Below, in pieces: positions 48,658 through 61,050 of a stretch of DNA of 64,000 nt (the stretch's first letter is position 1; each line of letters opens with the position of its first letter). Source of the DNA: Malacoraja senta (taxonomy: Eukaryota). Location of the stretch: the NCBI GenBank assembly GCA_038087875.1, contig CM075995.1, positions 4,652,001 through 4,716,000 on the forward strand. The letters are read 5' to 3'. Position numbers and translations under genes: made by a program. The notes under the pieces are model-generated. The model saw only the letters and a list, made by a program, of their open reading frames with translations. It was not told the origin of the DNA and did not search any database.

Positions 48658-49716
48658 TCTATAAAAGTCTCAGAGTGTGTGAGTGTGTGTGTGTGTACGC
48701 ACGCATGTGTCTTTCTACCTTTGTCAAAACGCCACGCGCTGCCGCAGAAATTTTCAGACTATTAATCACAATAACCCAGTTGACAAAATAAACTGCTTCA
48801 CTTCACATTTCATGCTATATTTCACGTTATAGCATTTTAAAAATAGCCAAAACCCAGTTTTTAAACGGCAAACGTCCTTCAACCCGCTTTGAGTGGCGTC
48901 ACAAAGGGGGGGTGGGCGGCCACCAAGGGGGAGTGGGTGGCCACCAAGGGGGAGTGGGTGGCCACCAAGGGGGAGTGGGTGGCCACCAAGGGGGAGTGGG
49001 TGGCCACCAGGGCAGAGTGGGCGGCCACCAGCTTCCAGTCACGTCAGGGGGAGGGCCGCATTAAAATTAACGTTCCGCTTTATCCGGCCAGGGCTTCTAC
49101 CCATGACACCCCGGCTGGGGTTTTACGCGGCCATCAAGGAGACATCGAGACCGCAGCGGTGATGTAGCAGCGGCGGCAGTAGGGGAAAGGAGAGGGAAAG
49201 AGAGGTGAAGGAGGGATTGGGGGAGGGGAGGAGGAGAGGGGAAAGATCCTGGGGAGGTGAGGAGGGAGCATGGGGGGGATTGGGGGAGAGGAAGGGGTAG
49301 GGAGGGTAGTTGCCACGTCTACACTCCCTCTCTTGCCCCCTCCATCTCTACCCTCCCTCCTCTCTATTTACCCTCACTCCCATCCTCTCTACCCCCCTCC
49401 CTCTCCCCCTCCCTCTCTGCCCCTCCCCCACCCTCTCTACTCCCCTTCCTCCCTACCACCCTTCCCTCTCTACCTCCCTCTCTACCCCGCCCCTCCCTCT
49501 CTACCTCCCCTCCCTCTCTAGGGATTGAAGAGGGAGGGTAAAGAGGAGGAGGAGGAGGAGGGAGTGCTGGGGGATGAGGAGAAATGAGCTGCACCTGCGC
49601 AGTTGAGAGCTATGTGTTAGTGTGGAATATTGCGTTGGGGGAATGGGTTGCGTTGGGGGAATGCGTGAGTGGTGGAATATTGCGTTGGGGGAGCAACATG
49701 TCTGCACTTGGTCTAG
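48658..49716 (+). mobile_element. second non-autonomous Helitron in tandem (contains a 21-bp minisatellite ~48905-49030)
   Basis: Start tctataaaagtct resembles the other Helitron 5' ends. gtggaatattgcgttggggga is shared with ~16512. Ends cacttggtCTAG; hairpin degraded. Confidence 0.65.
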
Positions 49717-49842
49717 CAAAATTATAAAACTCATATTCCAAATCTCTTCACTTTAAGCTTAATATTTCCTCTGTAAATATGCTACACAACGCTCAACCAA
49801 GAATGACAATAGCAACGGTTAAGGTAAATGTGTGTGCATTAC

Positions 49843-49940
49843 CACATTTGGAAATCTGCTCCATTCAGTAACCGTGGGGTAGCTTCCACGACAGAACAAG
49901 ATGGCTGAACAGCTGCTTCAAAATAGGAGTTGAGGGCTCT
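49843..49940 (-). CDS. TDP2: TDP2 coding exon 2
   Basis: Acceptor ttatttgtag|, translates RALNSYFEAAVQPSCSVVEATPRLLNGADFQM (RALNSYFE as in human TDP2), donor |gtaatg; 98 nt, phase 2. Confidence 0.92.
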
Positions 49941-50109
49941 CTACAAATAATTAACAAAAATCATTACTTCTCAATAAAATGGGTTGTATTATATAATTTA
50001 TATACATTGTAAACCAGTATATGTTATTTCTTGTGTATTCATATTATATACTGGTTAACTATACAAGTGCTTGAGGCTGTAAATATACCTCTGAACACTA
50101 ATCATCTCA

Positions 50110-52035
50110 CAATATGATACAATACGATTCTATAGAACATTATTTATCCCAGGGGGGAAATTGATCTGCCAAGGGTGGCCATGGTGGCACAGCGGTAGAG
50201 TTGCTGCCAAACATCGCTTGCAGCGGAGATTATAAGTTCTCCCCATGACCGCGTGGGTTTTCTCCGAGATTTTCGGTTTACTCTCACACTCCAAAGACAT
50301 ACAGGTATGTCGATTAATTGGCTTGGTATATGGGTAAATTGTCCCCAGTGTGTGTAGGATAGTGTTAATGTGCAGGGATCACTGGTCGGTGCGGACTCGG
50401 TGGGACGTAGGGCCTGCTTCCGGCTGTATCTCTAAATTACACTAAACAGTCATAAAACACAAGATACATGAAACATGAAATTAAAGTGATGAGTGGAAAG
50501 GATTGGGGATGTGCAAAGATTTGGGGAGGGAGGGGGTGTGGGGGGGGGGGGGAGAAGGGGAGTCAGTCTATTCTACGACTGAAGGGAGAGGAATTGTACA
50601 GTTTGATAGCCACAGGGAATAAGGATCTCCTGTGGAGTTCTGTCCTGCATCTTGGTGGAACCAGTCTATTGCTGAAGATACTCCTCAGGTTGACCAGTGC
50701 GTCATGGAGGGGATGAGCTGTATGGTCCAAGATGCTCTGCAGTTTGAGGAGCATCCTCCCCTCCAAGACCACCTCCCTTGAATCCACCTCTACCCCCAGG
50801 ACAGAGCCTGCCTTCCTGATGAGCTTGTTAATCTGTTGGCGTCCGCAGCTTTCTCCCTGCTGCCCCAGCACACGACAGCGAAGAAGATGGCACTGGGCCA
50901 CCACCAAGTCAAGTCACATTTATTTATATAGCACATTTAAAAAACAACTCTCGTTGGCCAAAGTGCTTTACATTTGTTATAAGAATAGTATAAACAAACA
51001 AACTACATACATATATACATATAGCCCTCGCTCAGAGGACGTCAAGAAAGGCTTGGGAGTATAGATACGTTTTTAGTCATGACTTAAAGGAGTCGATGGA
51101 GGGGGCAGTTCTGATGGGAAGGGGGATGCTGTTCCACAGTCTAGGAGCTGCAACCGCAAAGGCGCGGTCGCCCCTGAGCTTATGCCTAGACCGCGGGATA
51201 TTCAGCAACCCGAAGTCGGCCGATCTGAGGGACCTGGAGGTGGAGTGGTGGGTAAGAAGCCTTTTAATGTAGGTGGGGGCAAGCCCATTGAGGGCTTTGT
51301 AGACATAGAGGAGGATCTTGAAATGTATACGGAACCGCACAGGGAGCCAGTGGAGAGAGGCCAGGATCGGGGTGATGTGGTCCCTTTTTCGGTTGCCCGT
51401 CAGGAGCCTCGCTGCGGCGTTTTGGACCAGTTGCAGGCGGGACAGGGAAGATTGGCTGATGCCAGTGTAAAGGGAGCTGCAGTAATCTAGGCGGGAGGAG
51501 ATAAATGTGTGGATGATCTTTTCGAGCTCATCAAACTGGAGGAATTGTTTTATTTTAGCTATCGTCCGAAGCTGAAAGAAGCTAGCTTTTACCACGGCAT
51601 TGACTTGTTTGTCAAATTTCAGTGCCGAGTCAAATATCACGCCAAGGTTTTTGACGTGAGGTTTGAGTAGTGGGGTAAGGCTTCCAAGGCTGCCTGCTAT
51701 CATTTTGATTGAGTCCGAGGGGCCAAGAAGGATGACCTCAGACTTACTCTCGTTTAGTTGGAGGAAGTTCTGGGCCATCCAACACTTTATATCCTCAAGG
51801 CAGTGGGTAAGGTTAAGCAGATTTGATTGTTTTTTGGGCTTCAGGGGGAGATAGAGTTGTGTATCGTCTGCCAATTGGTAGAACATCTGCAGCATCTTAT
51901 TGCAGGCCTTCTAAAAAAGTATAGCCGGCTCAGAGTTCCTGGACCAGTCTAGTTTACTGTCCAGGTAAACTCCAAGGTATTTGTACTCCTTGGTAAACTG
52001 CACATCCACACCATTGATGGAGACAGGGGACAGGA
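50110..52035 (-). mobile_element. Rex1/Babar-like LINE 3' fragment split by a SINE (50172-50445) and an L2 (50925-51870)
   Basis: YKYLGVYLD, MLQMFYQ | VVA..., INKLIRKAGSVLG, PRCRTELHRRSLFPVAIKLYN. Confidence 0.75.
50925..51870 (-). mobile_element. L2-clade LINE 3' fragment
   Basis: ADDTQLY, HTFISSRLDYC, HITPILASLHWLPV; (GACTT)n tail. Confidence 0.9.
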
Positions 52036-52227
52036 ACTTATAGGTATCCCCGCTTTCACATCCCAACACTATTCTCCCACTTTAAACAACAGTCAATGAA
52101 ACCTAAATCAGGTTTAGGTTTATTATTGTCACGTGTACCGAGGTACAGTGAAAGGCTTTGCTTTTCATGCTATCCAAATGGATCAGATAATACTGCACAT
52201 ACATATAACGAAGTCAGCCTCAAGCAT

Positions 52228-55200
52228 AATAACCATATAACCATTACAGCACGGAAACAGGCCATCTCGGCCCTTCTAGTCCGTGCCGAATTTTGTTTTT
52301 TTCTCTCTTCCCCCTAGTCCCATCTACCTGCACTCAGACCATAACCCTCCATTCCTTTCCCGTCCATATACCCATCAATCTATTTTTAAAGGATAAAATC
52401 GAACCTGCCTCTACCACTTCCACTGGAAGCTCATTCCACACAGCTACCACTCTCTGAGTAAAGGCTCTGTCTTACCTGTTTGCGGTCATCGGTGGTGAAG
52501 CGCGGCTTCGCCTGTAGAGTGGACCGCACGGCAATGGCGAGAGCGCCGAGCCTATCCACGGGAGCGCCGCACGGATGCTGCGCGGGGGCCGAGTGATTCA
52601 AATACGGCGGGTCCCACGTGCTTGCGGTAAGTAAAAAAAAGGGCGGGCCGACTGCGATGACGTCGGTCCGCCGCACGTGACTCACGAGCGGCGGCTGTGG
52701 CGGCAGCCGTCCTGATCGCGGCGCTGTAGCGGTGGCTGTGCCTGTGGCCATGCCGCACACGTGCCTCACTGGCGGAGGCTGTGGCAGTGGAAGTTTGACG
52801 CACGGCGCTCGAGCCACACTGGCGGCGGCCCGTGCAGGCGGCCGTGCCGCACTCGTGCATCACTGGTGGAGGTTGTGCGGTAAGAATATAGTTTTCAACA
52901 GTGTAGGTTTTATTTTAGCACCATGCACCGCCGCACGGCCCCGGAATTGTGCGTTCTCACGAGTGCGCGGTCTATGGCGGCAGATTCTTTCCGTTTCGCC
53001 GCCAATGACCGCAGATTCGTGAGACAGGCCTTTAAAGAAGTTCCCCCTAATGTTACCCCTAAACTTCTATCTCTTAATTCTCAAGTCATGTCCCCTTGTT
53101 TGAATCCTCCCTACTCTCAATGGGAAAAGCTTATCCACGTCAACTCTGTCTAACCCGCTCATCATTTTAAAGACCTCTATCAAGTCCCCCCTTAACCTTC
53201 TGCGCTCCAAAGAATAAAGACCTAACTTGTTCAACCTTTCTCTGTAACTTAGTTGCTGAAACCCAGGCAACATTATAGTAAATCTCCTCTGTACTCTCTC
53301 TATTTTGTTGACATCCTTCCTATAATTATGCGACCAAAATTGTACTCCATACTCCAGAATTGGCCTCACCAATGCCTTGTACAATTTTAACATTACATCC
53401 CAACTTCTATATTCAATGCTCTGATTTATAAAGGCCAGCACACCAAAAGCTTTCTTTACCACCCTATCTACATGAAATTCAACCTTCAGGGAACTATGCA
53501 CAGTTATTCCTAGATCCCTCTGTTCAACTGCATTCCTCAATTCGCTACCATTTACCATGTATGTCCTATTTTGATTTGTCCTGCCAAGATGTAGCACCTC
53601 ACATTTATCAGCATTAAACTCCATCTGCCATCCTTCAGCCCACTCTTCCAAATGGCCTAAATCTCTCTGTAGACTTTGAAAATCTACTTCATTATCCACA
53701 ACACCACCTATCTTAGTATCATCTGCATACTTACTAATCCAATTTTCCACACCATCATCCAGATCATTGATATACATGACAAACAACAGTGGACCCCACA
53801 CAGACGCCTGAGGCACCCCACTAGTCACCGGCCTCCAACCTGACAAACAGCCATCCACCATTACTCTCTGGCATCTCCCATTCAGCCACTGTTGAATCCA
53901 TCTTGATACTCCACCATTAATACCCAACAATTGAATCTTCTTAACCAACCTTCCATGAAGAACCTTGTCAAAGGCCTTACTGAAGTCCATATAGACAACA
54001 TCCACTGCTTTACCCTCATCAATTTCCCTAATAACCTCTTCAAAAAATTCAATAAGATTAGTCAAACATGACCTTCCAGGCACAAATCCATGTTGACTGT
54101 TCCTAATCAGACCCTGCTTATCCAGATGCTTATATATATTATCTCTAAGTATCCTTTCCATTAATTTGCCCACAACTGACGTCAAACTAACAGGTCTATA
54201 ATTGCTAGGTTTACTCTTAGATCCCTTTTTAAACAACGGAACAACATGTGCCAATCCTCCGGCACTATTCCCGTTTCTAATGACATTTGAAATATTTCTG
54301 TCATAGCCCCTGCTATTTCTACACTAACTTCCCTCAATGTCCTAGGGAATATCCTGTCAGGACCTGGAGACTTATCCGTTTTCATATTTTTCAAAAGTGT
54401 CCGCACCTCCTCTTCATAGTTTCCATTGCTACTCTGCTTGTTTCCCTTACCTCACATAATTCAATATCCTTCTCCTTGGTGAATACCGAAGAAAAGAAAT
54501 TGTTCAATATCTCCCCCATCTCTTTTGGTTCTGCAGATAGCTGTCCACTCTGACTCTCTAATGGACCAATTTTATTCCTTGTTATCCTTTTGCTATTAAT
54601 ATAGCTGTAGAAACCCTTTGGATTTACTTTCACCTTACTTGCCAAAGCAACCTCATATCTTCTTTTAGCTTTTCTAATTTCTTTCTTAATATTCTTTTTA
54701 CATTCTTTATACTCCTCAAGCACCTCATTTACTCCATGCTGCCTATAATTATTGTAGATCTCTCTGTTTTTCCGAACCAAGTGAACAATTTCCCTTGAAA
54801 ACCATGGCTCTTTCCAATTTTTACTATTTCCTTTCAACCGAACAGGGACATAAAGATTCTGTACTCTTAAAATGTCACCTTTAAATGTCCTCCATTTCTC
54901 TTCTACATCCTTCCCATAAATCAACATGACCCAATTCACTCCTTTTAAATCCTTTTGCATCTCCTCAAAGTTAGCCTTTCTCCAATCAAAAATCTCAACC
55001 CTAGGTCCAGTTCTGACCCTCTCCATAATTATATTGAAACTAGTGGTATTGTGATCACTGGACCCGAAGTGCTCCCCAACGCATACCTCCGCCACCTGCC
55101 CTGTCTCATTTCCTAAAAGGAGGTCCAGCACTGCCCCTTCTCTAGTAGGTACCTCTATGTATTGCTGCAAAAAACTATTCTGCACACATTTTACAAACTC

Positions 55201-55720
55201 CAAACCATCCAGCCCTTTCACAGAATGTGTTACCCAGTCTATGTGTGGAAAATTGAAATCTCCCACAATCACTACCTTGTGCTTACTACTAATATCTGCT
55301 ATCTCCTTACATATTTGCTCTTCCAATTCTCGCTCCCCATTAGGCGGTCTATAATACACCCCTATAAGTGTTGCTACACCTTTCCCATTTCACAGTTACA
55401 CCCAAATAGCCTCCCTAGACGAGCCCTCTAATCTATCCTGCCAAAGCACTGCTGTAATATCTTCCTTGACAAGCAATGCAACACCCCCACCTCTTGCCCC
55501 TCCAATTCTATCACCCCTGAAGCAACGAAATCCTGGAATATTTAGTTTCCAATCACAGCCCTCCTGCAACCATCTTTCACTGATCGCCACAACATCATAC
55601 TTCCAGGTGTCAATCCAGGCTCTAAGCTCATCCACCTTTCTTACAATGCTCCTAGCATTAAAATATACACATTTAAGAAACCCACCACCACTTATTCTCT
55701 GTTTATTATCTTTTTCTTCT
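52228..55720 (-). mobile_element. young CR1 LINE ORF2 (EN+RT, few frameshifts) interrupted by a MITE
   Basis: ORFs of 141, 322, 74 and 395 aa with FNARSI, GDFN, SDH, YADD. Confidence 0.95.
52462..53032. mobile_element. CpG-rich PIF/Harbinger-like MITE, TSD TAA
   Basis: Imperfect ~40-bp TIRs; TAA at 52459-52461 and 53033-53035. The uninterrupted CR1 paralog near 20200 reads ctctgagTAAagaagttcc. Confidence 0.82.
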
Positions 55721-57865
55721 TGTCTAGAACACAAGAGAAGATACTGAGTGCAGAACATAGTCATACAGCGTGGAAACAGGCTCTTCGGCCCAACTTGCCC
55801 ACGCCAACCAACTTGCCCCATCTACACTAGTCCTACCTGCCTGTATTTTGCCCATATCTCTACAAAACTTTCCTATTCCATTTACCTGACCAAACATTTC
55901 TTAAATGTTGTGATTGTATCTGCCTCAACTACCTTCTCTGGCAGCCCGTTCTACATACCAATCACTCTTTGTGTAAAATGGTCGCCCCTCAGGTCCTTAT
56001 TAAAAATGTTCACCCCTCACCTTAAATTTATGCCCTCTGGTTCTTGATTCCCCCACTCTGGGTAAAAGACGGAGTAAAGTCAACAATCAGTTCCTTGGTT
56101 TCATTGACATCGAGCAAGATTATTGTTCTGGCACCATTCAATCAGAGGATCACTCTCCCTCCTACACTCCGACTCATCAATATTGTAATTTGTCCAACAA
56201 CGGTGGTGTCATAACAGTTCCAGAGCATAACAGTTCCAGAGTAAAAGTCCAATGATGTAGCTTGGAAAAACATGACTGCACCCTAGGACCTTTTCAAAGT
56301 CTGATAGCAAAAGGTAAGAAGTTGTTCCTGAGTCTGATGACATGTGCTATCAAAATATTAATATTTCTGCACAACAGGAGCAGGGAGAAACAGTGTTGAT
56401 CAGAATGGAAAAAGTACTTGATTACATTGGCTGCTTTCCTGAGGTAGAGGGAATTGTAGATGGAGTCAATGTTGGGGAGTCTGGTCTGTATGATGGACTG
56501 GGCTACCCCCACAACTCTGCCATTTCTTGCGATCTTGGACAGAGCTGTTCCCAAAACATGCTGTGATTCAACCCGGCAGTATGTTTTCTACGGCGCATTG
56601 CAACACTGCATCTCTCTCAGTAACTAGAACTCTAACACTCAATGCAAATACCATATTAATTAATAGCAACCCGTTAAATCATATACATTTGTGTAGATGT
56701 GCTAAATACTGCTATATTGTTACAGAATGGCCTTTGGGGAGGGCCACAATCATATCCATTGCATGCATAAAAGTTAATAGAGGAGGATGCTTTGAGGAGA
56801 GCTTTAAGGGTGACACAAGTGACTACAGATGCTGGAATCCTGAGCAAAAAAAGAAAGTGCTGGAGGAAGTCTGCTTGACCCACAGAGTTCCTCCAGCATT
56901 TTACTTTTTGTTAATAAAATGCCATGTTTAGTGATTTCAAACCAATGGTATGAACATTGAGTTCTCCAATTTCAAGTAATACCCCCTCCCACCCTTTCCC
57001 CTGCCTTCCTCCATCCCAATGTACACACATCTCCCCATCATCTACCATCACTCAGTCACCCTGCTCCTTTCCCCTCTTCCATGCACGGTGTGGGCAAGTT
57101 GGGCCGAAGGACCTATTTCCGCACTGTATCATTCTGACTCTTCTATGACTCTATCCCTCAAGTCCGACATTTCCCTTATATTCCACTCTCTTCCCCTTCT
57201 TTCTGTTCCTTTGCAGTGTTGCATACATTTCCTTAAATGGGAGATAGACACAAAGTGCTGGAGAGGCAGCATCTCCGGAGGAGGAGTTGTTGACATTTCG
57301 GGACGAGATACTTCTTCAGACCGAGTCGGGAAAAAGGGAAACGAGAGATATAGACGGTGATGTCGAGAGATATAGACAATAGACAATAGGTGCAGGAGTA
57401 GGCCATTCGGCCCTTCGAGACAGCACCGCCATTCAATGTGATCATGGCTGATCATCCCCAATCAGTACCCCGTTCCTGCCTTCTCCCCATATCCCCTGAC
57501 TCCGCTATTTTTAAGAGCCCTATCTAGCTCTCTCTTGAAAGCATCCAGAGAACCTGCCTCCACCACCCTCTGAGGCAGAGAATTCCACAGACTCACAACT
57601 CTCTGTGAGAAAAAGTGTTTCCTCATCTCCGTCTAAATGGCTTACTCCTTATTCTTAAACTGTGGCCCCTGGTTCTGGACTCCCCCAACATTGGGAACAT
57701 GTTTCCTGCATCTAGCGTGTCCAAACCCTTAACATCTAGCGTGTCCAAACCCAAATCCTCCCCTCCCCTTCATCAGCCATCTGGTTGTCTCCTCCCCTCC
57801 CCCAGCCCTCGGGCTCCTCCTCCGCCTTTTCCTTTTTTCCTTTCTTCTCCCCACCCCCTATCAGT

Positions 57866-57894
57866 CTGAAGAAGGGTTTCGGCCCGAAACGTTA
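57866..57894 (+). ncRNA. minimal hammerhead ribozyme-like core in Penelope-type repeat
   Basis: CTGAAGA-a-GGGT ttcg GCCC-GAAAC-GTT; variants recur many times in the window. Confidence 0.5.
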
Positions 57895-58183
57895 CCTATT
57901 TCCTTCGCTCCATAGATGCTGCTGCACCCGCTGAGTTTCTCCAGCATTTTTGTGTACCTTAACAATCTTATATGTTTCAATGAGATTCGCTCTCATCCTT
58001 CTAAACTCCAGAGTGTACAAGCCCAGCTGCTCCATTCTCTCAGTATATGACAGTCCCGCCATCCCGGGAATTAACCTTGAAAACCTACACTGCACTCCCT
58101 CAATAGCGAGAATGTCCTTCCTCAAATTAGGGGACCAAAACTACACACAATACTCCAGGTGTGGTCTCACTAGGGCTCTGTAC

Positions 58184-58567
58184 CAAAGATCCTATAGCAA
58201 GCAAGATAGATCACTCCTTCTAAATGCAATGGGCTGACGTGTAGTACGCAACGGAGCGGAATGCGGAACTTTTTTTCATCCATTTCAGTAACCCGACCCG
58301 ATCCGACTCGCAGTGTAATCAACGTTGCGGGGAACAGTTTTTGTTAATAAATTATAATTCTGAAAATGAGGAGGAGGTTTTTTACCAAATAACTTTTATT
58401 TTTACGAGGATGTTTCCGTAACCAGCGCTAGTTATCTTTGCTCCGCTATGGGATCTTTGGTGCGGAGACGGAAGCCGGTTACGGAAATGGGGCCGAAAAT
58501 TACCCATGAATCTGCCCATGACGTCTTTTTCGTCGAGTGATCTATCTTGCTTGCTATAGGATCTATG
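58184..58567. mobile_element. hAT-type MITE, 384 bp, 8-bp TSD CTCTGTAC
   Basis: TIR caaagatcctatagcaagcaagatagatcactc / gagtgatctatcttgcttgctataggatctatg; TSD at 58176-58183 and 58568-58575. Confidence 0.92.
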
Positions 58568-59767
58568 CTCTGTACAACTGCAGAAGGACCTCTTTGCTCC
58601 TATATTCGATTCCTCTTGTTATAAAGGCCAACATGCCATTCCCTTTCTTCACTGCCTGCTGTACCTGCATGCGTACTTTCATAGACTGATGAACAAGGAC
58701 CCTCAGATCCCGTTGTACTTCCCCTTTTCCCAACTTGACGCCATTTAGATAGTTATCTGCCTTCCTGTTATTGCTACCACAGTGGATAACTTCACATTTA
58801 CCCGCATTAAACTTCATCTGCCATGCATCTTCCCACACCACCAACCTGTCCAAGTCACCCTGCATTCTCATAGCATCCTCCTCACAGTTCACACTGCCAC
58901 CCAGCTTTGTGTCATCTGCAAATTTGCTAATGTTACTTTGAACATTATAGACTTTCCTTCATTAGCCAAGACACAGACCATGAAAGCAGGGTGGTTATGC
59001 CAGAATCGTATGCAATAACAAATGAGCTATAGTTTGAGTACTACATACCACGCCTATCCATGGCCTATGCATTTCCTCCAGAGATCCTGCCTGACCCATA
59101 CAGTTACTCCAGCACTTTCTGTACTGTTCTACGCTCCCTCTCCATTACGCCCCACAGATGCTGCCTGACCCACTGAGGCTTTCCGTTTGAATTTTTTTTT
59201 TCTCCAGACCTCAGCATTCGAGGAATTGATCGGATAGATGCACTGAGTCACTTGCCCAGAGTAGGTGAATCGAGCACCAAAGCACATGGTTTAAGGTGAA
59301 GGGGAAAAGATTTAATAGGAATCTGAGGTGTAACTTTTTCCACACAAAGGGTGGTGGGTTTATGGAACAAGCTGCCAGAGGAGGTAGTTGAGGCAGGGAC
59401 TATCCCAACATTTAAGAAAGTTAGACTGGTACATGGATAGGAAAGGTTTGGAGGGATATGGGCCAAAAGCAGGTAGCGTAGCTGGGACATGTTGGCGGGT
59501 GTGGGCAAGTTGGGCCGAAGGGCCTGTTTCCACATTGTATCACTCTATGACTATATTATACCTCCACCATGCATGAATGCTTCAAAATCAAGTCAAGTCG
59601 AGATTTATTACTATATGCTCAAGCATGAGCAAGTTACAGAGAAATATAGAAAATAGGTGCAGGAATAGGCCATTCGGCCCTTCGAGCCAACACTGCCATT
59701 CAATATAATTAGTACCCCATTCCTGTTTTTTCCCCATATCCTTTGATTCCGCTAGCCAAACAAGGTC

Positions 59768-60043
59768 ACAGCCCTGTCCCACGGTGCGAGTTCATTCCAA
59801 GAGCTCTCCCGAGTTTAAAAAAAAATCAAACTCGTAAGCACAGAGAATGAACGTAGCGGGTACGTCGGAGCTCGGGGAGGTACTCGGGAAGACTCGCTAA
59901 CGGCAGGTAAGCATGGGAAGACTCGTGAAGATTTTTCAACATGATGAAAAATGTCCACAAGAGCCCACGAGTGGCCATTACCGTAAATCAGGGCAAACTC
60001 GGGGAGAACTCGTGGAACGAACTTGTACCGTGGGACAGCTGTT
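59768..60043. mobile_element. Harbinger-like MITE, same family as 11575-11861 in opposite orientation
   Basis: ctgtcccacggtgcgagttc ... gaacttgtaccgtgggacag; the internal sequence is the reverse complement of the 11.6-kb copy; inserted in a CR1 3' end. Confidence 0.75.
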
Positions 60044-60336
60044 TAACTCTATTGAAAACATCCAGTGAATTGGCCTCCAGTGGCAGAGAATTCCACAGAT
60101 TCATAACTCTCTGGGTGAAAAAAGTTTTTCCTTATCTCAATCCTAAATGGCCTACCACTTATTCTTATACTGTGACCCCTGGTTCTGGACTCCCCCAACA
60201 TGGGGAACATTTTTCCTGCAGTTACAGGAGTTACAGTAAGAGTGAAAATCTAGCAGGCAAGCAGGATATTTTATCCAACCACCCCCATTTGAACGCCACC
60301 AACTTCCACCGCTTCTACTCAGTGCTTGGTACCTAC

Positions 60337-60612
60337 ATCCAGCAGCCACTGGTTGTCCTCCAGGATGCAACGAGCCGCAGCCTGGTCCATGCCGGTCACC
60401 AGGGCGAATTCGGCGCAGAGACTCTCCCGGCAGCGGCGCAACGCTTCCTCCTCGCCTTCAACCTGAGGCCCGGCCGCCTCCGACGGCCCGAGACTCTTGC
60501 ACTGAGGCTGCTCCATGGCCGGAGCTGCAGCGAGCGGCTCGCCAGCCCCACAAACACTCGCCAGCCCCGGTTCCCCGACCTCCGCCGCTGCTGCTTGTGC
60601 TACTGCTTCCAT
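60337..60612 (-). CDS. TDP2: TDP2 coding exon 1 (Ala/Glu/Pro-rich N-terminus + UBA-like domain)
   Basis: ATG at 60612 (gggATGG). Translates MEAVAQ...LCAEFALVTGMDQAAARCILEDNQWLLD, matching the TDP2 UBA-like region. Donor GAT|GTAGGT; 276 nt, phase 0; GC/CpG-rich. Confidence 0.9.
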
Positions 60613-60899
60613 CCCTCGCTCCGCCCCGGCTCTCCAATTCCAACACCCGCGACCAAAGATACGAGAGCACTTTCCTTTTTGCACAAGATTCTTTGGTGTT
60701 TGCCCACGACCAGGTTGCTCAGTGCGCAGCAGCGCCTCGTCCAAAGCCGGAATCACTGAGAATTACCCAACTAGCAAGAGTCAAGAGTCAAGTGTGTTTA
60801 ATTGTTAAATGTGGCGAAACGGAGCAATAAAAGTCTTGCTTGCAACAGCATAAGGGCTGTAAACACAGTACTCATAGAGAATATGGCACGATTATAGTT

Positions 60900-61050
60900 T
60901 GTTTTTATTTATATGTATATATATCTTATATTTGTGAGAATGTGTATATATACACACACTTAACCATTTCCTCTCTATATATAATATATATAATATATCA
61001 CAAATAATATATTTATCATATCTATATAGATCATATATATATACACAATT
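60900..61050. repeat. degenerate (TA)n tract
   Basis: Low-complexity AT sequence between TDP2 and ACOT13. Confidence 0.85.

Larger units (their letters stand above)
57372..58940 (-). mobile_element. CR1 LINE 3' part interrupted by a Penelope-type fragment (~57753-57958) and a hAT MITE
   Basis: RT C-terminal ORFs on the minus strand; (CTATTGT)n tail. Confidence 0.88.

Noticed and set aside
60613..60756. Upstream in-frame extension of TDP2 ORF (MIPALDE...)
   Set aside because: Starts at GTG with no recognisable homology; most likely 5' UTR or promoter.
59941..60759. 272-aa plus-strand ORF
   Set aside because: Chimera of MITE, CR1 and the antisense of GC-rich TDP2 exon 1.
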